64,000 nucleotides of DNA, taken from contig OY760505.1 of NCBI GenBank assembly GCA_963663545.1, positions 3,136,001-3,200,000 on the forward strand, read 5' to 3'. Below are positions 53,832-62,908 of the stretch, in pieces (the stretch's first letter is position 1; each line of letters begins with the position of its first letter). Below the pieces are notes generated by a model. The model made no database searches. It was not told where the DNA came from and was given only the letters and a program-made list of their open reading frames with translations. Source of the DNA: Candidatus Delongbacteria bacterium (GTDB lineage Bacteria; CAIWAD01). The translations under genes and the position numbers were made by a program.

Positions 53832-53872
53832 GTAGCACGGCTCCGGCGTTGCCGGGGCCGTTGCTGCTTTTT
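53832..53872 (+). terminator. Intrinsic terminator between convergent genes
   Basis: GTAGCA-CGGCTCCGGC-GTT-GCCGGGGCCG-TTGCTGC-TTTTT. Confidence 0.75.
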
Positions 53873-53874
53873 GT

Positions 53875-55338
53875 TCAGGGCTTTTGCAGCAGAGATAGTT
53901 GGTGCTCGTCAGTGTAAACTACCCGCAGACCCAGTTTACCAGCAAGCCAACCAATACTTGTGGGGGAGAAGAAAGAGACATGAGTGGGATCGCGCCGGTA
54001 CCACCACGCCATGAAATCAGTGCAATCCGTATAGAACTGCGTTTGAATTGCCAAGTGGCCTCCTGGAGCAAGCAGCCCGGAAAGCCGCGCAAATTCATCG
54101 GCTACATTGTGGAAGTGCTCTACTACTTCACTACAGAGGATCAGATCCCATTTTCCTTGTGTCACATCCAGTTCGGGATAGAAGACCGGATCGTAGCCCG
54201 TTGCCTGCAAACCCATAGTTGCCAACATCGCCAGCAGAGCAGAATCTCTGCCGCAGCCGTAATCGAGAATCATTGATTGCTGGGGCAAATGATCGAGAAT
54301 GGGGCGTACCAGGTTCAGCAAAGGCCGATGGAATCGACGGTAGCCTGCATCACGCGCGTCGTTGTGATGCAGCCGATAGCGCTCTGTCTCACTCAGCGGA
54401 TCAGGTCGTAGTAGAGGATCAAGAAAAATCAGACTACATGTATCACATTTCCAGTAGCGGAGGCCGCGAGTGCTCTCTTCGTATTCACCGCATTCAGTGT
54501 GACACAGGGGACATGTACGCTTGTTGGGAAAGTCTCTTCTGCGGATCGCGGCTTTTCGTCTAGCCACAGGAACGGCGCCACGTGATACAATGGGCAACTC
54601 TTCTGGAAGCAGACCCTCCCTTTGCAGGAGTTCAAATCCCGCTGATAGATCCAGTGCTTTCAACAACTGAAGGAAGTCCTCATCTGGACGACAGCAGTAG
54701 CGCGATCCGCCCAATTCTGGGGGAAGCGCCAATTCAACGGCCACCAGAGCCAGTCGTCGCCAGCCGTAGTGCTCGGCGAGTAGCCTGTTATGCCGATTGT
54801 CGCCGTGATCCCGATCTCCCAGAATCGGATGAGAAAGCCCGGCAAGGTGGCGCCGCAATTGATGCCTTCTTCCCGTTTGCGGTTGTAGTAGCAAGAGGGC
54901 ATAGCGAACGCACTGGTGCTTGCCGAGCGCGTGAGGCCGCTCACTGCGAGCCAGGACCCGCCAAGCCGTTAAGGCCGATTTCAGGTGAATCTGGCCCTTT
55001 TCATCCGACTCTTTCAGGTCGCGATCGCAAAAACCAGCGTCGCTTGTGGGCCAGCCGCGGATCACTGCCAGATAGCTTTTTTGCATGCGGTGTGCCGCGA
55101 ACGCTTGCTGCAAATCACGAGCGCGATCAGCGTTTAGTGCCAGCAGTAGGAGCCCCGCTGTCGCACGATCTAGTCGATGCACAGGCCAGACCCATTGGCC
55201 CAACTGGTCACGCAACTGTCGCTGCAGACTGTCCTCTGTGTGTGCCAGCCTGGTGCGGTGAACGTGCAGACCGGCGGGCTTGTAGACAACTACCTCTTCC
55301 GGGCTATCTGCTAGAAGAAGCAGCTTGTTTGGCGACAT
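53875..55338 (-). CDS. Fusion: TruC/RluA-family pseudouridine synthase plus Zn-ribbon class I SAM methyltransferase
   Basis: N-half 'KPAGLHVH', 'VHRLDRATAG', 'TGRRHQLRRH', 'HPILGD'; C-half 'CPLC..CDTC', 'LDYGCG', 'EVVEHF', 'WWYRRDPTHVSFF'; no stop between them. Confidence 0.85.
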   Translation of the reverse strand: MSPNKLLLLADSPEEVVVYKPAGLHVHRTRLAHTEDSLQRQLRDQLGQWVWPVHRLDRATAGLLLLALNADRARDLQQAFAAHRMQKSYLAVIRGWPTSDAGFCDRDLKESDEKGQIHLKSALTAWRVLARSERPHALGKHQCVRYALLLLQPQTGRRHQLRRHLAGLSHPILGDRDHGDNRHNRLLAEHYGWRRLALVAVELALPPELGGSRYCCRPDEDFLQLLKALDLSAGFELLQREGLLPEELPIVSRGAVPVARRKAAIRRRDFPNKRTCPLCHTECGEYEESTRGLRYWKCDTCSLIFLDPLLRPDPLSETERYRLHHNDARDAGYRRFHRPLLNLVRPILDHLPQQSMILDYGCGRDSALLAMLATMGLQATGYDPVFYPELDVTQGKWDLILCSEVVEHFHNVADEFARLSGLLAPGGHLAIQTQFYTDCTDFMAWWYRRDPTHVSFFSPTSIGWLAGKLGLRVVYTDEHQLSLLQKP

Positions 55339-55351
55339 GATTCTACTTGGA

Positions 55352-55672
55352 TCACGCAGGCTCGCTGGCGGGCGCGTCCTGGTCCTCGGCGATCCATTGG
55401 TTCAGGATCTCCACAACCAGCTTGGCTTGATCCACTGAGCTGATGTTGAACTTGGACTGCTGCTGAAACTGGCCATTACGCTTGCGGTAGCGGCCCACCC
55501 GATACTTGATGGCGCCAAAATCGGCCTCGGGCGAAGTGCGCTCGCGGTACTTGAACATGATGGTAGTCCATGCGCCACGCGTCAGCGGCACGGCAGCCAG
55601 CTGCTGCACCAGTGTCTGGTTTGTTGCAGGATCGCGGTACTCGATACTGATGTCGTCGATTTTCTCGGCCAT
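55352..55672 (-). CDS. Conserved-looking hypothetical protein, 106 aa
   Basis: AAAGGA RBS before ATG at 55672; 'LTRGAWTTIMFKY', 'RYRKRNG..QQSKFNISS'. Confidence 0.7.
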   Translation of the reverse strand: MAEKIDDISIEYRDPATNQTLVQQLAAVPLTRGAWTTIMFKYRERTSPEADFGAIKYRVGRYRKRNGQFQQQSKFNISSVDQAKLVVEILNQWIAEDQDAPASEPA

Positions 55673-55882
55673 AAGAATTCCTTTCGCGAAAGTGACCCAA
55701 TATAGGGTTGCGATTGAACACTTCAGCATCGACCTAGGGGTCTGGCGACGTGTATCAATGTGTGTATCACGAGTATGGATGGTACGAGGGGCGATTACCG
55801 TGTCCAGCAATGAGCTGTCAAGAGGTGCTGTGTAGTACACGCTGTATCCGACCAAGGGCACAAAACCGCGAAGGCAATGGAT

Positions 55883-56107
55883 CTAAAGCGTGCTGTAATA
55901 CAATTGAAGACAATCCGGGCAGAGTGTGTGACTGAAAGCACATTCCAGATCACGCAGGCTTTCACGTGATACATATTCGCCAACCTCATTGCGCACACGA
56001 TTGCACATGGAACAGATCGCCACAATAGGCCTACTGACGTGGCGCTCGTCCTGTATCACCAAATCCTGCGATCGCTTGGCTGTGATGTCGATTTCACCGG
56101 AAATCAT
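55883..56107 (-). CDS. Small Cys/His-rich putative metal-binding protein
   Basis: 'ICSMCNRVRN..G.Y...FSHTLCPDC'; GAGGG upstream. Confidence 0.65.
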   Translation of the reverse strand: MISGEIDITAKRSQDLVIQDERHVSRPIVAICSMCNRVRNEVGEYVSRESLRDLECAFSHTLCPDCLQLYYSTL

Positions 56108-56272
56108 GGATTCACCCTCTTTCGTATCACATGTTCAGAGGGAATCGGCATTGGTGTGATCAGAATTCAGTAGTCGCGAGTCTCGGAGAGAATTTTACTG
56201 ATGAAAGAGGCTGGAAAATAGTGGGAGCCTGTATGCTACAGGCTCCCGGGTGTGATACAAAGGTGAATAGCG

Positions 56273-57913
56273 CTAGCGCATCATCGTCGAAATGCTGCGT
56301 AATACGGCCGCATTGCTTCGTGATAAAGCCGGTATGTTCACTTCCAGTTCATCACGCAAGACAGGAGTACAACTCACGACCGCGCGAAAGAGGCCAGAGA
56401 CGCCCTCGGGGGCCATGGAAAAGTGCCCCGTACCCGCGTCTAGCATTCGTATTGGAACGAAGCGGTTCTCGTTCAGCGCGTGATACTCGAGCTGTAGAAG
56501 TTCGCCCGGACGCGCATCCCAACTAAACTCCAACAAGCCGTTCTGATAGCGAATGTCAAGGTGAACTGGATCACAATCCGGTGCATCGACCAGGGAAACC
56601 TCAACATCATCGATGTACCAGTCGTCACTTCTGCTTCCGGAGTAATAGAAGCCCATTGCGATTGTATCGGCACTCTGGCTTGCATGAAGCGTCAATTGCT
56701 TCCACTGTCCAGGAGCGCTGCGGTAGTTGTCACTGGACAGATCGAGAGAATAGTCCCAGTAGACGCTGTCTGCTTGCATATGTCCTAGAATCAGGCCGTG
56801 TACCTCCGTAGCCGCGGGATTCCGCTGACTATGCATGAAACTGAGTTGCAGGTTTTGCATTTCCGGATTCGGTACCAGCGTCCACATCAGACTTCTCTGT
56901 GTATCACTATTCTGCGGAGCTGCGTGCAGAGCCACATTGCCATGTGCGCCTGTACCACGGTCGACGTGCCACGAGTTACCGGATCCACACAGATCCGAGG
57001 TGAACCAAAGCTCTTCCTCAACACCGTCCCAGTTGCGTGTCAGCTGCTGACAAGTGGAGTAGCGTAGCTTGAGATGTTCTTCGAGCAGATGACTTCCGGT
57101 TGCATCACGCCAGTAGCAGCCAATACGGCAGCTATCCTCACCGGTCTCCACCGCTGACGTCACGTAGGAGAGAAACAGCGTATCACCGGGAGCTAGTTGG
57201 CGGGGCAGATTGACGTCTGACAGTTGAATGCTGCTCCCATCCGCTAGTCCAACTTGTTCCACCTGCAGGGTGCCGGGGCCGCGATTCCACAGGGGGAGTA
57301 GTCCCTCGCCGACGGCGCGGACACTGCCTAGATTGGTGCAGCAGGCCAACTCGAGTTGTGCACAGGGGGGCGTCTCGTCTTCATAGGCGATTTGCAGACG
57401 CTGCTGAAGATCATCAGCGGCTGGCCAGCCAAGCCAGCCTTCGCCATCCCCGAGCAAACAGCTATTGTTGAGTCCTTCACCACAGTAGAGTGTGAGATAC
57501 TCAGTATCCATGGGCTCGAACGCCCAAACCAACCAACTATCGCCTACGGGTAGATCAAGGCCCTCTTCGCCCAAGGGAAACTCGGTCCACTCAGGCCATA
57601 AGTGTGCAGCGTTAGTGGAAAAGGAAAAACCAGTACCGATTGCAGCACCTGGCTGACCGAGCGCGTCTTCGTGAAGGTGAACACTAAGATTTCCCGGAAC
57701 AGGGCTTTCGATGCGCAAGGCAAAGGCCCGTAGCTGGGCCGGAGTACAGACGCTGACGCGTTGGGCAATCACATTTGGGATTCCGCCGATTTCTCCAGCG
57801 GGTAACTTCAGTTTGAGTCGTGCCTGATCGTCAAGGGCATCCTGCCAGCAAGTCGAAGCTGCTAACGGACGCAGAACCAGGGCGAGGGCGCAGAGAAGCA
57901 GTGCGAGGTTCAT
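56273..57913 (-). CDS. Hypothetical secreted protein (Ig-like and jelly-roll/choice-of-anchor-like modules)
   Basis: Signal 'MNLALLLCALALVLRPLAA'; 'LWNRGPGTLQV..LAPGD', 'DDWYIDDVEV'. Confidence 0.6.
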   Translation of the reverse strand: MNLALLLCALALVLRPLAASTCWQDALDDQARLKLKLPAGEIGGIPNVIAQRVSVCTPAQLRAFALRIESPVPGNLSVHLHEDALGQPGAAIGTGFSFSTNAAHLWPEWTEFPLGEEGLDLPVGDSWLVWAFEPMDTEYLTLYCGEGLNNSCLLGDGEGWLGWPAADDLQQRLQIAYEDETPPCAQLELACCTNLGSVRAVGEGLLPLWNRGPGTLQVEQVGLADGSSIQLSDVNLPRQLAPGDTLFLSYVTSAVETGEDSCRIGCYWRDATGSHLLEEHLKLRYSTCQQLTRNWDGVEEELWFTSDLCGSGNSWHVDRGTGAHGNVALHAAPQNSDTQRSLMWTLVPNPEMQNLQLSFMHSQRNPAATEVHGLILGHMQADSVYWDYSLDLSSDNYRSAPGQWKQLTLHASQSADTIAMGFYYSGSRSDDWYIDDVEVSLVDAPDCDPVHLDIRYQNGLLEFSWDARPGELLQLEYHALNENRFVPIRMLDAGTGHFSMAPEGVSGLFRAVVSCTPVLRDELEVNIPALSRSNAAVLRSISTMMR

Positions 57914-58081
57914 GTTCTGGTTCCTGTTTCTTCGTTCCCGTCTGATTGCGGTGACGCCTTTTCGGACATCGTTGGCAATAGAATAGGGCTTTGCGGCTCC
58001 TTGAAGTGTGAGCCAGAACACGAGAGCGAGGGGATTTTGGTACCTTGAAATGTTTTCGCCTTGTCATTGCCTGGAGGCCCA

Positions 58082-58666
58082 ATGTATCTACGCATGATTC
58101 ACCTGCTACTTCTGGTTAGCCTAAGCTGCTTGCGAGCCGATCCCTTGGAAACCTTGGTGGTCCCGCAAAGCAAAAGTCGCGTACCCGACCGTTCGGAACG
58201 TATCGACATTGTGTGGCCATCGGATCAGGGCTGGACGGAGACTGGTCGCGAGACGCAGGATCACGTACAGACAATCAGCTTCGTGAGCGAGACGGAATTC
58301 TCCCACGCGGACATCACCACTTTCTACGGTATGTGGGACGCAGACTACGATAAAGCCCGTCGACTGTTTGTAGGAAAGGTGCGTCAGGAGTGTGACAGCC
58401 TGCATGTACAACCGTGGGTGCAGACGAATGAAGGCGTGCGCCGCACGATTCAGGTTTACGAATGCCATTCGGATCAACCCTACTGCCTGATCCAGCTACT
58501 GTTGCAGGGGGTTGACAACTTCTACGCTGTGGAGGTTTATCATCCACGGGGGATTGCCCACGAGGGACAGCTTCTGCCCTGGATCGAGCTCTTCAAGGAT
58601 GTGAATCCGTGTTACCAGGGAGGAGAGAATTCGCCCTGCAACAGCGAAATCTGGCCTGAACACTAG
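58082..58666 (+). CDS. Hypothetical secreted protein
   Basis: GGAGG RBS, signal peptide, 194 aa. Confidence 0.6.
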   Translation: MYLRMIHLLLLVSLSCLRADPLETLVVPQSKSRVPDRSERIDIVWPSDQGWTETGRETQDHVQTISFVSETEFSHADITTFYGMWDADYDKARRLFVGKVRQECDSLHVQPWVQTNEGVRRTIQVYECHSDQPYCLIQLLLQGVDNFYAVEVYHPRGIAHEGQLLPWIELFKDVNPCYQGGENSPCNSEIWPEH

Positions 58667-58752
58667 TCCAAAGGATCTATACTTCTTTTGGATACTTCTG
58701 GCTTTTTTCGTATCTTCATGAAATTCAAACTGTTTGGAAGCAAAAGCGACAA

Positions 58753-60864
58753 ATGGCCGAGCAGTTCAGACTGGTTAGCGATTTTCAGCCCATGGGTGAC
58801 CAGGGGCCGGCGATTGACTCTCTGGTTGAAGGGCTGGGCCATAGCGCCAAACAGATTCTGCTGGGCGTAACCGGCAGCGGAAAAACCTATACCGTTGCGC
58901 AACTGATTCAGCGTGTGCAGCGTCCGACGCTGGTGCTCTCGCACAATAAAACCTTGGCCGCGCAGTTGTATGGCGAACTGTCGAGTTTCTTTCCAGGCAA
59001 CGCGGTCGAGTTCTTCATCAGCTACTATGACTACTATCAGCCCGAGGCCTACCTGCCAGCAAGCGACACCTACATCGAGAAAGATGCTTCGATCAACGAC
59101 GAGATTGATCGTCTGCGTCTGCGGGCCACCAGCAGTTTGCTGGCGCGTCGGGATGTGATTGTCGTGGCCAGTGTCAGTGCCATCTACGGGCTGGGAAATC
59201 CGGACGAGTACCGGCGAGGTCTGATTCTGCTGCGAGCGGGCGAAGAGCTGGATCGCCGCGACTTCTTGCGCCGCCTGGTGGACGTCCACTACGCGCGCTC
59301 CACGACGGACCTTGAGCGCGGCAGTTTTCGCGTGCGCGGTGACATTATTGAGCTGTGGCCCAGTTACGAGGAGCAGGCGCTGCGAATCGACACCTTTGGC
59401 GACACCATCGAGCGGCTGAGCCGCATCAATCCGCTGACGGGCGAGGTCGTGCACGACCAACCCGCCGCCGCCGTATATCCGGCGAAGCACTTCATCACCA
59501 GTCAGGACGTGCTCGATCACGCGCGCCAAGGCATCGAGCAGGAGCTGGAAGAGCGACTTGCCGTGCTGGAAGCGGAAGGCAAGGTGGTGGAAGCGCATCG
59601 TCTCAAACAGCGTACACGCTTCGATCTGGAGCTGATGGCCGAAATTGGCTACTGCCAGGGCATTGAGAATTACAGCCGTCATCTGGACGGTCGCAAGCCG
59701 GGCACTCGTCCGTACACCCTGATGGACTATTTCCCGCAGGACCTGCTGGTGGTGGTGGATGAAAGCCACGTAACCCTGCCGCAGTTGCGCGCCATGTACC
59801 GCGGTGATCGTATGCGCAAGGAGACGCTGATCGAACACGGCTTCCGACTGCCCAGCGCACTGGACAACCGACCGCTGCTCTTTGAGGAGTGGGAGAGCCT
59901 CTGCCCCTCTACGCTGTACGTGTCGGCGACGCCGGCGGATTACGAGATGGAGCAGACCGGGGGCGAGATCGTCGAGCAGCTCATTCGTCCTACCGGATTG
60001 CTGGATCCGCCCATTACCGTTGTGCCCACCGAGGGCCAGATCGATCATCTGCTGGGCCAAATTGAAGAGCGACGCAGCCGCGGCCAACGCGTGCTGGTGA
60101 CGACACTGACCAAGCGCATGGCCGAGGATCTGGCCGCTTTCATCGGTCGTCATGGCATCGGCGTGCGCTATCTACACAGCGACATCGAGAGTATGCGACG
60201 CGTAGAGCTGATTCGTGATCTGCGCTTGGGCAAATTCGACGTGCTGGTGGGGGTCAACCTGCTGCGCGAGGGACTCGATCTGCCCGAAGTGGGGCTGGTG
60301 GCGGTGCTCGACGCCGACAAGCAGGGTTTTTTGCGTAGCGCTCGCAGCCTCTTTCAGGTAGTGGGACGCGCCGCACGCAACGTTGACGGTGCCGTGCTCT
60401 TCTATGCCGATCGTATCAGCGACGCAATGGCTGAGGTGATACGTGAGACAGATCGTCGCCGCGCGCTACAGCAGGCCTACAACGAGGAGCGAGGTATTAC
60501 ACCGCGTACGGTGACCAAGTCTGCGGAAGAGATCATGGCTACCACGCACGTGTTGGATCTCACGCGCCAGATCGAGGCCTTTGAGAAGGGCGGCAGCCGG
60601 GTGGCAGAAGCCATTCCCGCCTACGGTGAAGAGACGCAGGTGGATGCATCCGCGCTGCGTCAGTTGATGGAAGAAGCCGCCGCGCGTCTGGATTTCGAGA
60701 CAGCGGCAGAACTGCGCGACCGTCTAAGGGAGCTTGAGGGCGAAGCCCCCCTTGAGCAGGCCATGCCACAGGGACGCCAGCGCGAAAGCCGCCTGCAGGC
60801 GAAGAAGCGCGGTAAGGCAAAGGCCTCGCGCGCCATGAAGCAGATGACGCGGCGCGTACACTGA
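58753..60864 (+). CDS. uvrB: Excinuclease ABC subunit B
   Basis: 'LGVTGSGKT', 'HNKTLAAQLY', 'YYDYYQPEAY', 'DESH', 'GFRLPSALDNRPL', 'NLLREGLDLPEV', UVR domain. Confidence 0.98.
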   Translation: MAEQFRLVSDFQPMGDQGPAIDSLVEGLGHSAKQILLGVTGSGKTYTVAQLIQRVQRPTLVLSHNKTLAAQLYGELSSFFPGNAVEFFISYYDYYQPEAYLPASDTYIEKDASINDEIDRLRLRATSSLLARRDVIVVASVSAIYGLGNPDEYRRGLILLRAGEELDRRDFLRRLVDVHYARSTTDLERGSFRVRGDIIELWPSYEEQALRIDTFGDTIERLSRINPLTGEVVHDQPAAAVYPAKHFITSQDVLDHARQGIEQELEERLAVLEAEGKVVEAHRLKQRTRFDLELMAEIGYCQGIENYSRHLDGRKPGTRPYTLMDYFPQDLLVVVDESHVTLPQLRAMYRGDRMRKETLIEHGFRLPSALDNRPLLFEEWESLCPSTLYVSATPADYEMEQTGGEIVEQLIRPTGLLDPPITVVPTEGQIDHLLGQIEERRSRGQRVLVTTLTKRMAEDLAAFIGRHGIGVRYLHSDIESMRRVELIRDLRLGKFDVLVGVNLLREGLDLPEVGLVAVLDADKQGFLRSARSLFQVVGRAARNVDGAVLFYADRISDAMAEVIRETDRRRALQQAYNEERGITPRTVTKSAEEIMATTHVLDLTRQIEAFEKGGSRVAEAIPAYGEETQVDASALRQLMEEAAARLDFETAAELRDRLRELEGEAPLEQAMPQGRQRESRLQAKKRGKAKASRAMKQMTRRVH

Positions 60865-60928
60865 AAACAGCAAATGACAATAGCCGGCCAGGACCGGCGG
60901 ATTGGAACAAAGTGAAGGAAGCGCAGCC

Positions 60929-61621
60929 ATGATGCTGACGGCAGACGACGCGGCCGCAAAGGGATGGTGGACTTGGGCGATCAAGCACGGCAAGCCCTCA
61001 CTGCCCGAGACGGCGGAAATGAAAAAGCTCCTGCAGCGTTGGGAAAAGGAAGACGGCCCCAAGCTGGAAGAGGCGGCGCTCAAGGCTAAGCCCTCCCAGG
61101 TCCAGAAGGATCTGGAGCCCTTCAAGGAGCTGCGCGACCACTGGCAACTTTGCCTGGTCGAGCTGATTCTTGCAGAGCGTAAAGGCCTCTACGAAGGTGC
61201 ACGGGAAGCCTTTTTCCGGCCCTTCAAGGTGGACGATTCCACGCGTACACGCCGCGACTACCGCACCATGAAGCATACGACCACGCTCTATGTCGAGCTG
61301 CTGCTCAAGCGCGGCGCCGTTTCCGAAGCCGGTCGCATCGTCAGCTTCATGAATCGTCGTTACTCCCTGGATAACCACACTCTGGCCTTTGAAGCTGCCA
61401 TGGTCAAGGATGCCGAGGAGGACTTCAACGAGGCTTATCGCCTGCTGGCGCTTTCGCTCAAGAAGAATCGTGCCGCCAAGGGTTGGCTGTCCGAAGAAGG
61501 CCTGACCTTGACCAAATCCGAAGAACTCTTTCCCAACTTGCGTCAGCACGAGGGTTGGGAGGAATTCCTGGCTTCCCCGGCGCGCTACCTGAAGAAGCAG
61601 GGGTTGGAACCGATCCAATGA
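60929..61621 (+). CDS. Hypothetical helical protein
   Basis: Long ORF with typical codon usage, overlapping the purD start (ATGA); start codon uncertain. Confidence 0.65.
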   Translation: MMLTADDAAAKGWWTWAIKHGKPSLPETAEMKKLLQRWEKEDGPKLEEAALKAKPSQVQKDLEPFKELRDHWQLCLVELILAERKGLYEGAREAFFRPFKVDDSTRTRRDYRTMKHTTTLYVELLLKRGAVSEAGRIVSFMNRRYSLDNHTLAFEAAMVKDAEEDFNEAYRLLALSLKKNRAAKGWLSEEGLTLTKSEELFPNLRQHEGWEEFLASPARYLKKQGLEPIQ

Positions 61622-62895
61622 AGTACCGCATTCTCCTTCTGGGTAGCGGTGGGCGCGAGTCTGCTCTGGCCTGGAAGCTGATTCAAAGCCCGCTCTGCGG
61701 AAGGCTTTACGCGCTGCCGGGTAATCCCGGCATTGCCGAGAAAGCCGAGCTGGTGCAGGGATTGGGCATGGACGATTACGAAGCGTTGGCGCAATGGTGC
61801 CTGCGCCGCGAGATCGACCTGACGGTAGTCGGCCCCGAAGCTCCGCTGGTGGGTGGTCTTGTGGACGTTTTCCAGGCTCACGGCCTGCGCGTCTTTGGTC
61901 CCGACCGTGCCGCTGCCATTCTGGAAGGGAGCAAGGTTTGGACCAAATCCTTCCTTCACCGTCACGAGATACCCACGGCGCGCTTCATCGCCTTCGAGAA
62001 TGTCGAGCAGGCTCGCGCCTGGCTGCCCCAGGCTCCCTGGCGCATGGTGCTGAAGGCCGACGGGCTGGCTGCGGGCAAAGGTGTGATTCTGCCCAGCACG
62101 CAGGAAGAAGCAGAAGCAGCCCTGACCGAGTTGATGGAGGGCGCCGCATTCGGCCAGGCAGGGCAGCGTATCGTGATCGAAGAGCGGCTCGAAGGTCCGG
62201 AAATCTCGGTCTTCGCGCTATGCGATGGAAGACAGGGGTGGATCCTGGGTAGCGCCCAGGATTACAAACGTGCCCTGGACGGCGACCGTGGTCCTAATAC
62301 AGGCGGCATGGGCAGCCTGGCGCCCAGTCCGCTGGCAACAAGCAGCTTGCTGCAGAAGGTGCGCACCCGGATCCTGGAACCCACCTTGGCGGGAATGGCC
62401 GCCGAGGGACGTCCCTATCGTGGTTTGCTGTATCTGGGATTGATGATTACCAGCGAAGGCCCCAAAGTCATCGAGTTCAATTGTCGTTTCGGTGATCCGG
62501 AAACCCAAGCGCTGTTACCGCTATTGGAAGACGATCTGCTGGCTTTGCTATGGCGGATTGCCGATGGACAGAGCCTGGATGCGAAAGCGCTGACCACGGC
62601 CGCGAGCAAGAGGCGCAGCGTCTGTTTGGTGCTAGCCGATGAGGAGTATCCCGGCAAGGTGCGCGGAGGACGAGTGCTGCATGGCCTGCGCGAGCTGGGC
62701 GGAGTGCAGGTCTTCCATGCGGGTACACGCCTGGACGGCGAGCGCCTGCTGAGTACCGGTGGTCGGGTGCTTAATCTGGTTGCCGTAGCCGACAGTTTTG
62801 AATTGGCGCGCGATCACGTGTACGCGGCTGCACGAAGTTTGACCCTTGAGGGCTTGCGCTGGAGACAAGATATCGGCGCGGGTCTGGACCAATAG
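61618..62895 (+). CDS. purD: Phosphoribosylamine--glycine ligase
   Basis: 'GSGGRE', 'PGNPG', 'VVGPEAPL', 'KADGLAAGKGV', 'GPNTGGMG', 'EFNCRFGDPE', 'GGRVL'. Confidence 0.97.
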   Translation: MKYRILLLGSGGRESALAWKLIQSPLCGRLYALPGNPGIAEKAELVQGLGMDDYEALAQWCLRREIDLTVVGPEAPLVGGLVDVFQAHGLRVFGPDRAAAILEGSKVWTKSFLHRHEIPTARFIAFENVEQARAWLPQAPWRMVLKADGLAAGKGVILPSTQEEAEAALTELMEGAAFGQAGQRIVIEERLEGPEISVFALCDGRQGWILGSAQDYKRALDGDRGPNTGGMGSLAPSPLATSSLLQKVRTRILEPTLAGMAAEGRPYRGLLYLGLMITSEGPKVIEFNCRFGDPETQALLPLLEDDLLALLWRIADGQSLDAKALTTAASKRRSVCLVLADEEYPGKVRGGRVLHGLRELGGVQVFHAGTRLDGERLLSTGGRVLNLVAVADSFELARDHVYAAARSLTLEGLRWRQDIGAGLDQ

Positions 62896-62908
62896 GAGTT
62901 GATGCAGA

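Noticed and set aside
55856..55890. GGGCACAAAACCGCGAAGGCAATGGATCTAA, faintly c-di-GMP-I-like
   Set aside because: Antisense to the flanking genes and the stems cannot be formed.
55958..55973. GCTTTCACGTGATACA resembling parS (TGTTTCACGTGAAACA)
   Set aside because: Three mismatches, one half is simply the abundant motif, it lies inside a gene, and no parAB is in the window.
58663..60153. Long antisense ORFs (496 aa opposite uvrB; also 40013-40951, 41811-42710, 62771-63847)
   Set aside because: Shadow frames of GC-rich coding strands with no recognisable motifs.
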